Below are positions 1-8,369 of a stretch of DNA of 35,687 bases, piece by piece. The stretch comes from a bacterium (GTDB lineage: Bacteria > Bacillota > Clostridia > Lachnospirales > Lachnospiraceae). Each line of letters begins with the position of its first letter. Positions within the stretch are counted from its first letter, which is position 1. The DNA lies in the NCBI GenBank assembly GCA_963640215.1, contig CAVHZK010000141.1, positions 1-35,687 on the forward strand, in the 5' to 3' direction. The notes under the pieces are model-generated. The model did no database searches and had not been told where the DNA came from. It saw nothing but the letters and a program-made list of their open reading frames with translations. Made by a program: the position numbers and the translations under genes.

Positions 1-1
1 T

Positions 2-1318
2 AAGGTAGCTGTAGAAAATATCAAGACGATAACAGGCTCAGACGAATTTAACGAGGCCTCTGACAATACGATAACAGAGAGCGCCATAGCAGATACCAAT
101 ATAGAGGGAGATTATCTGCCGCAGCCGGTTATAGGATACCTCAATAATGTCATCAAGCAGATGGGCTCGGAGGCAGTCACTGAGGACAGTCTCAAGGGCA
201 TGATACCGGATATAGCACTGCTGCTCGACATATACAGCATACTGATTGACCCGTCGGAAACAAGTGATGTTAATGTTAAATATGCGGCAACTACCAGTGA
301 CCTTGCCAGCATGGCAGCGGCACTTAAGTCGGGAGACACCGCACAGATTACGGCGGCGGTAGCTGCTTACGCACAGAAGTATAGCCTAGACAACGCAGAT
401 ATAGCTGCGATGAGCACGAAGCTGCCGGCACTTGCAGGCGGTGCGAGCGCAGCATCCACGGATCTGGCACAGTCATTCGTGGATCATATGATTGCTATGC
501 TGAACCTAAAGCAGAGCGCCAAGGATCTCGGCAATATCACCGCGGATGGCGCAACGACCAACCTCAAGCAGAGCATAGATGACCTCTCAGAGTATGGCAC
601 TGATGCGCTTGCCAATGCGATAACTGCGTATAGTTCCGTGGACTATGATACAGCACTCGACCAGATAAATGCAGTTGTGAGCGACATAGATGATGTCATG
701 GATGCCGGAGCACAGGTGAGCTACCAGACCAGCAGACTCTTAGATAGCTTGCGCAAGGTGACCTCGGATGTGGACAATCTCATAGCTACATTAAACAGCT
801 ACTACGACGACGTGCAGACTGCCATCACCAATGTGTCCAATATAGTCGAAGAGACCGAGAAGACCTCGGACGATTTGACGAGGACGGCACAGGTGCTTAA
901 TGATACCCTGCGCTCTGCATCGGAGGATTTCTCCGCAGCAGGCGATACCGGCATAGCGGTCGGACGTGAGGCTGTGGACAATACCGAGAAGATGATAGAG
1001 AATACCCGCAACATGAAGGCGGCAGGCTCGGATCTCCGTAAGTCCATCAACGACAAGCTTGATGAGGAGGAAGAGGATAACAATTTCATAAACATGGATC
1101 CTGATGCTGCTATGGAGTCATTTACAAGCTCTGAAAATGTCGAGCCAAGCTCTATAGCTATCATCTGCCGCACAGATGAGATCAAGATACCGGACGAGCC
1201 TGATGCCATGCCGGACGCTGAGTTCGCCGAGGAGCCGACGACCTTCGGACAGAGAGTTGCAAACATATTCAAGACCCTGTGGAACAAGATACTTGGCATC
1301 TTCGGTAAGGGTAAGTAA
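2..1318 (+). CDS. C-terminal ~438 aa of a large alpha-helical/coiled-coil protein of unknown function (5' end outside the window)
   Basis: The frame is open from nt 2, with no stop before the listed ATG at 161, so the gene continues upstream. The sequence is Ala/Asp/Thr/Ser-rich and heptad-like, with an acidic tail. It ends in a basic amphipathic helix (FGQRVANIFKTLWNKILGIFGKGK). No catalytic motif recognised. Confidence 0.6.
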   Translation, partial: KVAVENIKTITGSDEFNEASDNTITESAIADTNIEGDYLPQPVIGYLNNVIKQMGSEAVTEDSLKGMIPDIALLLDIYSILIDPSETSDVNVKYAATTSDLASMAAALKSGDTAQITAAVAAYAQKYSLDNADIAAMSTKLPALAGGASAASTDLAQSFVDHMIAMLNLKQSAKDLGNITADGATTNLKQSIDDLSEYGTDALANAITAYSSVDYDTALDQINAVVSDIDDVMDAGAQVSYQTSRLLDSLRKVTSDVDNLIATLNSYYDDVQTAITNVSNIVEETEKTSDDLTRTAQVLNDTLRSASEDFSAAGDTGIAVGREAVDNTEKMIENTRNMKAAGSDLRKSINDKLDEEEEDNNFINMDPDAAMESFTSSENVEPSSIAIICRTDEIKIPDEPDAMPDAEFAEEPTTFGQRVANIFKTLWNKILGIFGKGK

Positions 1319-1323
1319 ACCAT

Positions 1324-1355
1324 CATATCTGCGTGTTTGCAAACACGCAGATATG
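1324..1355 (+). terminator. Perfect 32-nt palindrome just after the stop codon; possible terminator hairpin or protein-binding site
   Basis: CATATCTGCGTGTTTG / CAAACACGCAGATATG are exact reverse complements. It starts 6 nt after the stop at 1316-1318. No T-run follows on either strand. Confidence 0.4.
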
Positions 1356-1356
1356 G

Positions 1357-1385
1357 TTGCTTACAGCAAATCGTAAGAATATATA
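1357..1385 (+). promoter_or_regulatory. Putative sigma-A type promoter for the downstream secreted protein gene
   Basis: TTGCTT (1357-1362), 17-nt spacer, TATATA (1380-1385). It lies in the intergenic region upstream of the 1538 start. Confidence 0.4.
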
Positions 1386-1537
1386 GATAAAAAGGGTAAG
1401 AACTTAGATTTATACTTGAGCTAAAGTTCGATACGTGCAAAGCAAAAGGTCATTACGGTATATAGTAGGAGTTCAATTCACACAAAGCAACGAGCTTGTG
1501 TGGAAAGAGAACAGTACTTGCAGGAGATAGACATACC

Positions 1538-2842
1538 ATGAGGAAAAACAAGAAAATCATAATAGCTGCAGCAGCTCTGATGAGCTTAAGCATGAGCATA
1601 GCCGCATTTGCAGCAACAAAATACGTAGACATAGAGGTCGAGAAGGACAATATACCTGAGCACAACGCGGGTGAGGCCTTCGTGCCGGAGTTTGAGCTCT
1701 CATCGGAGAATGACCTCGACAACATCACCATAGAGTTTGAGAACGCGCCTGAGGCAACAGCCAATCCGACGGTTCCATTTACATATAATATCAAGATACA
1801 TGCGGACGATAACTCCTTGGACGAGGATCTGGAGATAAGGGCTACCGGCGCAAGATATGCTTATGTGGATTATGTGTCGCCGGACAACTCCGAGGCTGAG
1901 GGACGTCTCCAGATATATCCCTACTATCGTCTCATCACGCCGACAGTAACCATCGATAAGAATGCCAAGACCGCTAACTGGAACGAGATACCCTACGCCG
2001 GCAAATACGAGTATGTCATCACCTATACTACCAAGAACGGCAATACCAAGACCCTGCACGGCACTACCAAGCAGACCTACAAGAGTATAGCGAGCGAGCT
2101 TAGTGCGGATGCCGATGGGGAGATAGGATTTGCAGTAAGAGCACTTGCCACGGACGAGGACGGATACTCCGATGCCACGGTTAACTCTGAGGGCAAGGCA
2201 GTCTGGGACAGCATGGACTGGGCCAATCAATACAAGATCTGCATCAAGTATACCAATGCGTCTGGACGTGAGGTCAAGACCTATCATACTGTGACCGGCA
2301 CCAGCTACAACGTGAACAGCTATATCTCGTCATCAGCTGACGGCAAGGTCAAGGTCACTGTGCGCGGCATACCGCAGACCGGAGATAAATCTTATTACAA
2401 TATCGCTATAAGTGAGTTCGGCACGGCAGGCGGAGAGACGGCAGAGACTGGCGATTACGAGGTCGATGATGTGTGGGCATTTATGGGCGACTATTCATCG
2501 GTCAAGGACAATGATTTTGCTAAAAATGTGACTAACTCAGCTAATTCGGGCAGCAATGCCAATGGCATAACCGGTACGGACAGCAACTGGAAGCGTGTCA
2601 CCTATAAGTGGCAGTACACGGTAAACGGTGCGCCCTATAATGCAGGCTGGCTGCAGATAGGCAGTGCATGGTATTACTTTGATACTGACGGATACATGCA
2701 CACCGGCTGGCTCACAGATAACGGCAAGCGTTATTACTTGGAGTCCAAGGTCGGCTCAGGTCAAGGCACTATGGTCACCGGCACAAGAGAGATAAACGGC
2801 AAGAGCTATAGCTTTGATGCAAGCGGAGCCTGCGTAGGCTAA
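1538..2842 (+). CDS. Secreted protein with C-terminal cell-wall-binding (choline-binding type, CW_binding_1) repeats
   Basis: ATG at 1538 preceded by AGGAG (1522-1526). Signal peptide MRKNKKIIIAAAALMSLSMSIAAFAA. Two similar beta-rich modules. C-terminal GWLQIGSAWYYFDTDGYMHTGWLTDNGKRYYL... repeats. The track start at 1496 is a probable over-extension. Confidence 0.8.
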   Translation: MRKNKKIIIAAAALMSLSMSIAAFAATKYVDIEVEKDNIPEHNAGEAFVPEFELSSENDLDNITIEFENAPEATANPTVPFTYNIKIHADDNSLDEDLEIRATGARYAYVDYVSPDNSEAEGRLQIYPYYRLITPTVTIDKNAKTANWNEIPYAGKYEYVITYTTKNGNTKTLHGTTKQTYKSIASELSADADGEIGFAVRALATDEDGYSDATVNSEGKAVWDSMDWANQYKICIKYTNASGREVKTYHTVTGTSYNVNSYISSSADGKVKVTVRGIPQTGDKSYYNIAISEFGTAGGETAETGDYEVDDVWAFMGDYSSVKDNDFAKNVTNSANSGSNANGITGTDSNWKRVTYKWQYTVNGAPYNAGWLQIGSAWYYFDTDGYMHTGWLTDNGKRYYLESKVGSGQGTMVTGTREINGKSYSFDASGACVG

Positions 2843-2884
2843 GCACCCATGCTGTTGGCGTAATTGGTGTAATAGAGGGGGAAG

Positions 2885-3082
2885 CTACTCCCTCTTCGAC
2901 AGGCGTATGAGCAGCAGAAATAGATATATCAGCGCCGGTATCACTACGAGGCAGAATATGGCCGCCATTATGAGTGAGGCATTATGAGTGAGCGTCCCGT
3001 ATATCATCACGATGATAATGGCGGCTATAATTATGAGTGCGGCTATCGCCGCTGCTTTCTTAAGTCGTTTTTTATTATCCAT
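2885..3082 (-). CDS. Small (65 aa) two-TM membrane protein, unknown function
   Basis: GGAGA Shine-Dalgarno about 6 nt upstream of the ATG on the - strand. Basic N-terminus followed by two hydrophobic helices. Independent of neighbouring ORFs. Confidence 0.5.
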   Translation of the reverse strand: MDNKKRLKKAAAIAALIIIAAIIIVMIYGTLTHNASLIMAAIFCLVVIPALIYLFLLLIRLSKRE

Positions 3083-3223
3083 AGCTGTCTCCGTATATAA
3101 TGCGTAAGGAAGATAGTTTCTTAAGTGTTTCGTTTCAATTGCTTATCTCGCAGCATTGCAGGTCTCAGGGTCTGAAATATCTGTATGTAGTTTGGAATAC
3201 GACGCCCTAAGTCTGTCGTGTGA

Positions 3224-5536
3224 CTACAGCTCCAGCTCCTCAAGCTGCTCTGAGAGCTCCTCCCATCTTGCATAGAGCTCGTCTAATTCCTCGCGCAGCT
3301 TAGTCTGCCTCTGGCTTAATTCGTTAAGCTTGGCAGAGTTTGTGGCATTCCCAGGAAGGGAGATCTGGTTGTCTATATCCGCTATCAATTCCTCATGCTC
3401 GGCTATACTTTTCTCACATTCGCAAAGCTTAGAGCGCAGCTTCTGGAGCTGCTGGCGGCGTTCCTTCTGCTCCTGATAGCTGAGCTTAACATTTCCGTTT
3501 GAAGCAGAAGCGGTAGCTTGAGTGCCGCCGCTTAACACAGCCGCATTTTCCTTGGTACTGCCGCCTGATATAGCATCCGCACCTGACGCAGTCGCGGCAG
3601 ATAAGCAGGCAACATTTGCAGCACCACCTGTCACAGGGTAGTTTTCTGGCATCGGTGCCTTGCCTGTTGCAGCTCTGCCTGCCGCAGCTCCCACAGCACC
3701 TGTCACAGCACCAGCCACGCCCGTTGCGCTATGTACTGCACCGCTCACAGACTTTAGCTTGTCAAAATTAGGATCTGCCTGCTTCGCGAGATAATAGTCG
3801 TAATTTCCCTGATAATTTACAAAATGATGAGAGTCAAGCTCCAAGATCCTTGTCGCTATGCGGTTGATAAAATAACGGTCATGCGACACGCAGATAACCG
3901 TGCCCTCGTAGTTGCGCAGTGCCTCCTCAAGTATCTCCTTGGAGGTGATATCGAGGTGGTTGGTAGGCTCGTCAAGCAGCAGCAGGTTAGCCTTGGAGAG
4001 CATGAGCTTCGCTAAGGATACGCGTCCCTGCTCACCGCCCGAGAGCTCCTTTATCTGCTTAAACACCTCGTCGCCCGTGAACAGGAAGGCGGCAAGGAGA
4101 TTGCGTATCTCCGTATTATTCATATAGGGATAGGCATCCGATATCTCGTCAAATACCGTATTGTCAGGATCCAGCACATGGTGCTCCTGATCGTAGTAGG
4201 CAGGCTCGACTAACGAACCAAACTCTATCTCGCCGCTCTCTGCCTGCTCCTGTCCCATGATTATCTTGAGCAAGGTAGTCTTGCCTGTGCCGTTAGGACC
4301 TATGATGGCTAATTTCTCGCCGCGTTTTACATCCAGATTGACACCGTGAAAGAGCTCGTTGCTGCCGTAGGACTTGGACAGTCCGTCGGCGTAGAGCACA
4401 TCCTTGCCGGAGACCTTGGACGGAGTAAAATGCAGCTGCATAGCATCCTCCGCATCAAAGGGCTTGGCAACGCGCTCGACCTTGGCGAGTGCCTTCTCAC
4501 GAGATTCGGCTCTCTTGATAGACTTCTCGCGGTTAAATTGCTTTAGCTTATCTATGACCTCCTGCTGGTGCTTTAGCACGGCCTGATTGTTGAGATAGGC
4601 CTTCATCATGTCCTTGCGCAGTGCGGCCTTTTTCTCTGCAAATAAAGTATAATTGCCAAGATACATTCGCGCCGTGCCGTTCTCTATATCCAATATCTTG
4701 TTGACTGTATGGTCAAGGAAATAGCGGTCATGCGATACTATGATAACAGCGCCGCGCCATGCCTTGAGATAGGACTCAAGCCAGTTCACTGAGCTTATAT
4801 CAAGGTGGTTGGTAGGCTCGTCAAGTATGAGCAGCTCAGGCGCGTCCATGAGCAGACGACCGAGCGCAAGGCGCGTCTTCTGCCCGCCGGAGAGGAGCGC
4901 CGCCGGCTTGTCAAAATCCTCCTCCTTGAAGCCAAGTCCCTTAAGTATGCCGGTGACATTGGAGCGCACGGCATAGCCATTTTCTAACTCATATCGCTGC
5001 GAGAGAGCAGCATAGCGGCTGTAGATGTCTAAGAGAGCGGCGTCAGCATCCGCTGCATGGTCTGTAGCTTTAAGAGCTGAGTCATCGGAGCCGCTGTAAG
5101 AAGTGGTAGCGGCGCCAAGCTCGGACTCGGACACAGCCTTGTTACCGCCATCTGTCAGCACGCCATCAAGGCTGAGCTTGTCACCATTAGCTGACGCATC
5201 ATGTGATGCAAGCTTCATTCTGCGCTCTAAGTCTCTCAGCTCCTCCTCCATATCCAAGAGATATTTCTTGGCACTCAGTACCTCATCGTAGATACTGAGC
5301 TTAGACTTATCAAGAGTAGTCTGCGAGAGATATCCAAGGCGCACACCGCTGCTCAAAGTCACCGAGCCTGTATCAGGAGTCTCCTCACCTACTATCTGCC
5401 GCAGCAGAGTAGTCTTGCCGGCTCCGTTTACGCCGGTGATGCCTAGCTTGTCATTAGCCTCTATATGAAAGGACACGCCCTTAAGTATGTCCCTGCCGTC
5501 GTAGGATTTGGATAAATTGTTGACCGATAATATCAT
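3224..5536 (-). CDS. ABC-F family ATPase (Uup/YfmR-like translation factor type), no transmembrane domain
   Basis: Two NBDs: Walker A GVNGAGKTT and GPNGTGKTT, signatures LSGGQ and LSGGE, Walker B LLILDEPTNHLD and LLLLDEPTNHLD. C-terminal coiled coil. Start taken at MILSVNNLSKSY (ATG 5536, AGAGGA RBS) rather than the track start at 5587. Confidence 0.9.
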   Translation of the reverse strand: MILSVNNLSKSYDGRDILKGVSFHIEANDKLGITGVNGAGKTTLLRQIVGEETPDTGSVTLSSGVRLGYLSQTTLDKSKLSIYDEVLSAKKYLLDMEEELRDLERRMKLASHDASANGDKLSLDGVLTDGGNKAVSESELGAATTSYSGSDDSALKATDHAADADAALLDIYSRYAALSQRYELENGYAVRSNVTGILKGLGFKEEDFDKPAALLSGGQKTRLALGRLLMDAPELLILDEPTNHLDISSVNWLESYLKAWRGAVIIVSHDRYFLDHTVNKILDIENGTARMYLGNYTLFAEKKAALRKDMMKAYLNNQAVLKHQQEVIDKLKQFNREKSIKRAESREKALAKVERVAKPFDAEDAMQLHFTPSKVSGKDVLYADGLSKSYGSNELFHGVNLDVKRGEKLAIIGPNGTGKTTLLKIIMGQEQAESGEIEFGSLVEPAYYDQEHHVLDPDNTVFDEISDAYPYMNNTEIRNLLAAFLFTGDEVFKQIKELSGGEQGRVSLAKLMLSKANLLLLDEPTNHLDITSKEILEEALRNYEGTVICVSHDRYFINRIATRILELDSHHFVNYQGNYDYYLAKQADPNFDKLKSVSGAVHSATGVAGAVTGAVGAAAGRAATGKAPMPENYPVTGGAANVACLSAATASGADAISGGSTKENAAVLSGGTQATASASNGNVKLSYQEQKERRQQLQKLRSKLCECEKSIAEHEELIADIDNQISLPGNATNSAKLNELSQRQTKLREELDELYARWEELSEQLEELEL

Positions 5537-5675
5537 ATATTCCTCTAAAAGTGTTGACGGATACAAAAGCAGGCTGCGTGCTTGCACGCACGCATAGTCT
5601 GAAAGTTGTTACGCGCTCACGCAACATCATATCATAAAGGCAGGGCTTTTGTTTCGATTTTCGTAATTATTCCTT

Positions 5676-8369
5676 ATGTTGTGGGAGCGGGACGCATGTG
5701 ATAAACTAAACATGGGGTCGGAGGCTCTTACAGTACAGATGGATTTCACTAAGGATGCGGTCAATGACCGGCTTGAAGAGATAGCATACGGAGACGAGAA
5801 AGCAGACAACAGGCGCATACATACGCTGAAGCTGCTTTTGATTGTGGTGTTAATGCTGGGCATGCTTGGCGGCGTATCCTTTGGCTGCGGCTGCATCATG
5901 GGAGTTATCGACAATGCTCCCGATATTGATACTTTGTCATTCTCACCCAAGGGATATGCTACCAATACCTTCGACACCAAGGGCAATCACACGGCGACAC
6001 TCATACAGGAGGGCTCAAACCGTGAGGCTGTTACCTTTGACGAGATACCGGAGCAATTAGTCAATGCTTTCGTCGCCATAGAGGATCAGAGATTCTGGAC
6101 GCACAACGGCATAGATCTGCGCTCCATATCGAGAGCTGTGAGAGGAGTCGTGACAGGCGACAGCTCGGCAGGCGGAGGCTCGACCATCACCCAGCAGCTC
6201 ATCAAGAATAACGTATTTTCAGGCGGCAACGAGAAGGGCTTCGACCTCTACGAGAGAAAGTTTCAAGAGTGGTATATTGCGCTCCTCTTGGAGAACCGTC
6301 CGGGTATAGACAAGATAGAGACTAAGAAGGAGATAATCACAGACTATCTCAACACCATCAACTTAGGCAACAATACACTCGGAGTCAAGGTTGCCGCAGA
6401 GAGATATTTCGGCAAGGAAGTCAAGGACTTGGATCTTGATGAGTGTACCGTGCTTGCATCCATTACCAAGAACCCGTCGAGGCTCAACCCGCTGACTCAT
6501 CCCGAGAACAATCAGGTGCGCAGGCTGCAGGTGCTTAACAATATGCTCGAGCAGGGATATATCACCGAGGAGGAGAAGGAGGCTGCATCGAGCACGGCAG
6601 TCTATGATCGTATCAAGGCCAACGATGAGACTATCTCTGATGACAATGATGTCTACAGCTATTTTACCGATGCGCTTATCGCTCAGTGCATCAATGTATT
6701 CGAGGAGAGGCTCGGTCTGACCGAGGCCGAGGCAAGGAATCTCTTGTATTCCGGCGGACTCCGCATCATGACTACGCAGGATCCGGATATACAGGCCATA
6801 GTCGATGCCGAGGTCAACAATCCGGACAATTATGATACAGCCAAGTACAGCTTCAAATGGCGCTGCTCGATACAGAGGTCAGACGGAAGCTTGGAGCATT
6901 ACAGTGAGAAGGATGTAGAGAATTACTACAAGACTGTAAAGGGCGAGAGCTGGGGCGGGCTCTTCCGTACTGAGGAGGCGGCTCTAGCCGCTGCCAATGA
7001 ATATCGCGCCACAGTCTATAATGAGGCAAATGGAGACGAGATTATCGCAGAGACCTTTGATGCGACCCTGCAGCCTCAGGTATCGGTAGTGCTCATGGAT
7101 CAGCATACCAATGAGGTAAAGGCCATCACTGGCGGACGCGGCGAAAAGAAATATTCGCTCACCATCAACCGCGCTACCGGCACCTACAGACAGCCCGGCT
7201 CTGCGTTCAAGGTCATAGCAACCTTTGCTCCTGCCATAGAGGAGAATGGGGCGACTCTTGGTTCCACCTACTATGATTGCGAGTATGAGTTAGGCGACAA
7301 GAAATTCAAGAACTGGTGGAAGTCAGGCAATTATTTCGGATATTCGTCTATCAGGGACGGCATAGAGTTCTCTATGAATATAGTTGCCGTAAGGTGTATG
7401 TTCGAGACCGTGACACCCTTGGAGGGCGTAGAGTTTGCGAAGCGCCTCGGTATAAGTTCACTTACAGATGATGACTTAAATGTAGCTACGGCTCTCGGCG
7501 GCATAACTAAGGGAGTAACTAATTTAGAGCTTACCAACGCCTATGCTGCCATAGCGGACGGCGGCAGATACCATGAGCCGAAATTATTTTCAGTAATATA
7601 TAATCACGACGGCAGCGTGCTCATAGATTTAAAAGAGGACGAGAAGACCCGTGTGATGAAGGAGACGACAGCCTTCCTGCTCACGGATGCGATGAAGGGT
7701 GTTATCGAACCGCATACCAAGTGGGCGTCGGGATATACGGTGAATAATACCTCAAGCCGTTGCAAGTTAGATAACATGGTTGCAGCAGGCAAATCCGGCA
7801 CCACCACCAGGAATGTCGACGTGTGGTTCGTGGGCTTCACGCCTTATTATACCATGGGTATATGGGCGGGCTGCGATGACAACCAGTCGCTCAACGACAG
7901 CGAGACCGGAGTCTATAACGGCGGAACCTCCTTCCATAAGGATATATGGCGCACGATTATGAACAAGGTGCACGAGGGTCTTGAGCCCGTGAGCGAGTTT
8001 GATATGCCGGACGGCATAGTGCAGCTCGAGGTATGCAGAAAGAGCGGACTTCTGCCTAAGCGCGCCTGCTACAATGATTATCGTGCAGGCTCCAATGCCG
8101 TACATATGGAGTATTTTGATGCTGACAATGTACCGACGGAGGAATGTGACCACCACAGCTCCGGAGGCGGCATGATAGTGCCGGAGGCAGACCGCGGCAA
8201 ATATACGGATGATTCCGGCAGGGCGGTAGCCGTGGCACCGGCTGAGGAGACTACGATAACAGATACGCCGGAGGAAACGACAGATTATGACACAAGCGGG
8301 TCAAGCGCCATCATATACGCGCCCGGAGTAAATGCCAACGAAACGGCTGCAGGACCCGGAGGTAATTAA
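5676..8369 (+). CDS. Class A penicillin-binding protein (bifunctional glycosyltransferase/transpeptidase, PBP1A type)
   Basis: GT51 motifs EDQRFWTHNGID, GGSTITQQ and RKFQEW. Transpeptidase motifs SAFK (SxxK), SMN (SxN) and KSGTT (KT/SG). N-terminal TM anchor. Start is ambiguous: 5676, 5712 or 5739 (the last has GGAGG 14 nt upstream). Confidence 0.9.
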   Translation: MLWERDACDKLNMGSEALTVQMDFTKDAVNDRLEEIAYGDEKADNRRIHTLKLLLIVVLMLGMLGGVSFGCGCIMGVIDNAPDIDTLSFSPKGYATNTFDTKGNHTATLIQEGSNREAVTFDEIPEQLVNAFVAIEDQRFWTHNGIDLRSISRAVRGVVTGDSSAGGGSTITQQLIKNNVFSGGNEKGFDLYERKFQEWYIALLLENRPGIDKIETKKEIITDYLNTINLGNNTLGVKVAAERYFGKEVKDLDLDECTVLASITKNPSRLNPLTHPENNQVRRLQVLNNMLEQGYITEEEKEAASSTAVYDRIKANDETISDDNDVYSYFTDALIAQCINVFEERLGLTEAEARNLLYSGGLRIMTTQDPDIQAIVDAEVNNPDNYDTAKYSFKWRCSIQRSDGSLEHYSEKDVENYYKTVKGESWGGLFRTEEAALAAANEYRATVYNEANGDEIIAETFDATLQPQVSVVLMDQHTNEVKAITGGRGEKKYSLTINRATGTYRQPGSAFKVIATFAPAIEENGATLGSTYYDCEYELGDKKFKNWWKSGNYFGYSSIRDGIEFSMNIVAVRCMFETVTPLEGVEFAKRLGISSLTDDDLNVATALGGITKGVTNLELTNAYAAIADGGRYHEPKLFSVIYNHDGSVLIDLKEDEKTRVMKETTAFLLTDAMKGVIEPHTKWASGYTVNNTSSRCKLDNMVAAGKSGTTTRNVDVWFVGFTPYYTMGIWAGCDDNQSLNDSETGVYNGGTSFHKDIWRTIMNKVHEGLEPVSEFDMPDGIVQLEVCRKSGLLPKRACYNDYRAGSNAVHMEYFDADNVPTEECDHHSSGGGMIVPEADRGKYTDDSGRAVAVAPAEETTITDTPEETTDYDTSGSSAIIYAPGVNANETAAGPGGN

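Noticed and set aside
1364-1385. AGCAAATCGTAAGAATATATAG resembles the 3' half of the conserved box (AGCAATTCGTTACATTTATACT)
   Set aside because: Only about 12 of 17 positions match, and the 5' half of the box and the downstream hairpin are missing. The segment is adequately explained as the spacer and -10 of an ordinary TTGCTT-17-TATATA promoter. It does keep the promoter reading of the box alive.
802-1440. 212-aa ORF on the - strand, along with other long antisense ORFs (for example 1700-2287, 7767-8156, 11064-11483, 24080-24562, 25496-25906, 32914-33345)
   Set aside because: All lie antisense to CDSs that have clear family motifs. They encode Ser/Leu/Cys-rich low-complexity sequence typical of the reverse frames of acidic or Ala-rich genes, and they have no RBS. 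Treated as spurious.
5565-5600. Short hairpin (TGCGTGC/GCACGCA) plus TTTT in the 5' leader of the ABC-F gene (- strand), considered as a ribosome-mediated attenuator like those of resistance ABC-F genes
   Set aside because: The stem is only 6-7 bp with a minimal loop, and the T-run is short and separated from the stem. No leader peptide with an RBS is evident. The protein looks like a housekeeping Uup/YfmR type rather than an ARE type.
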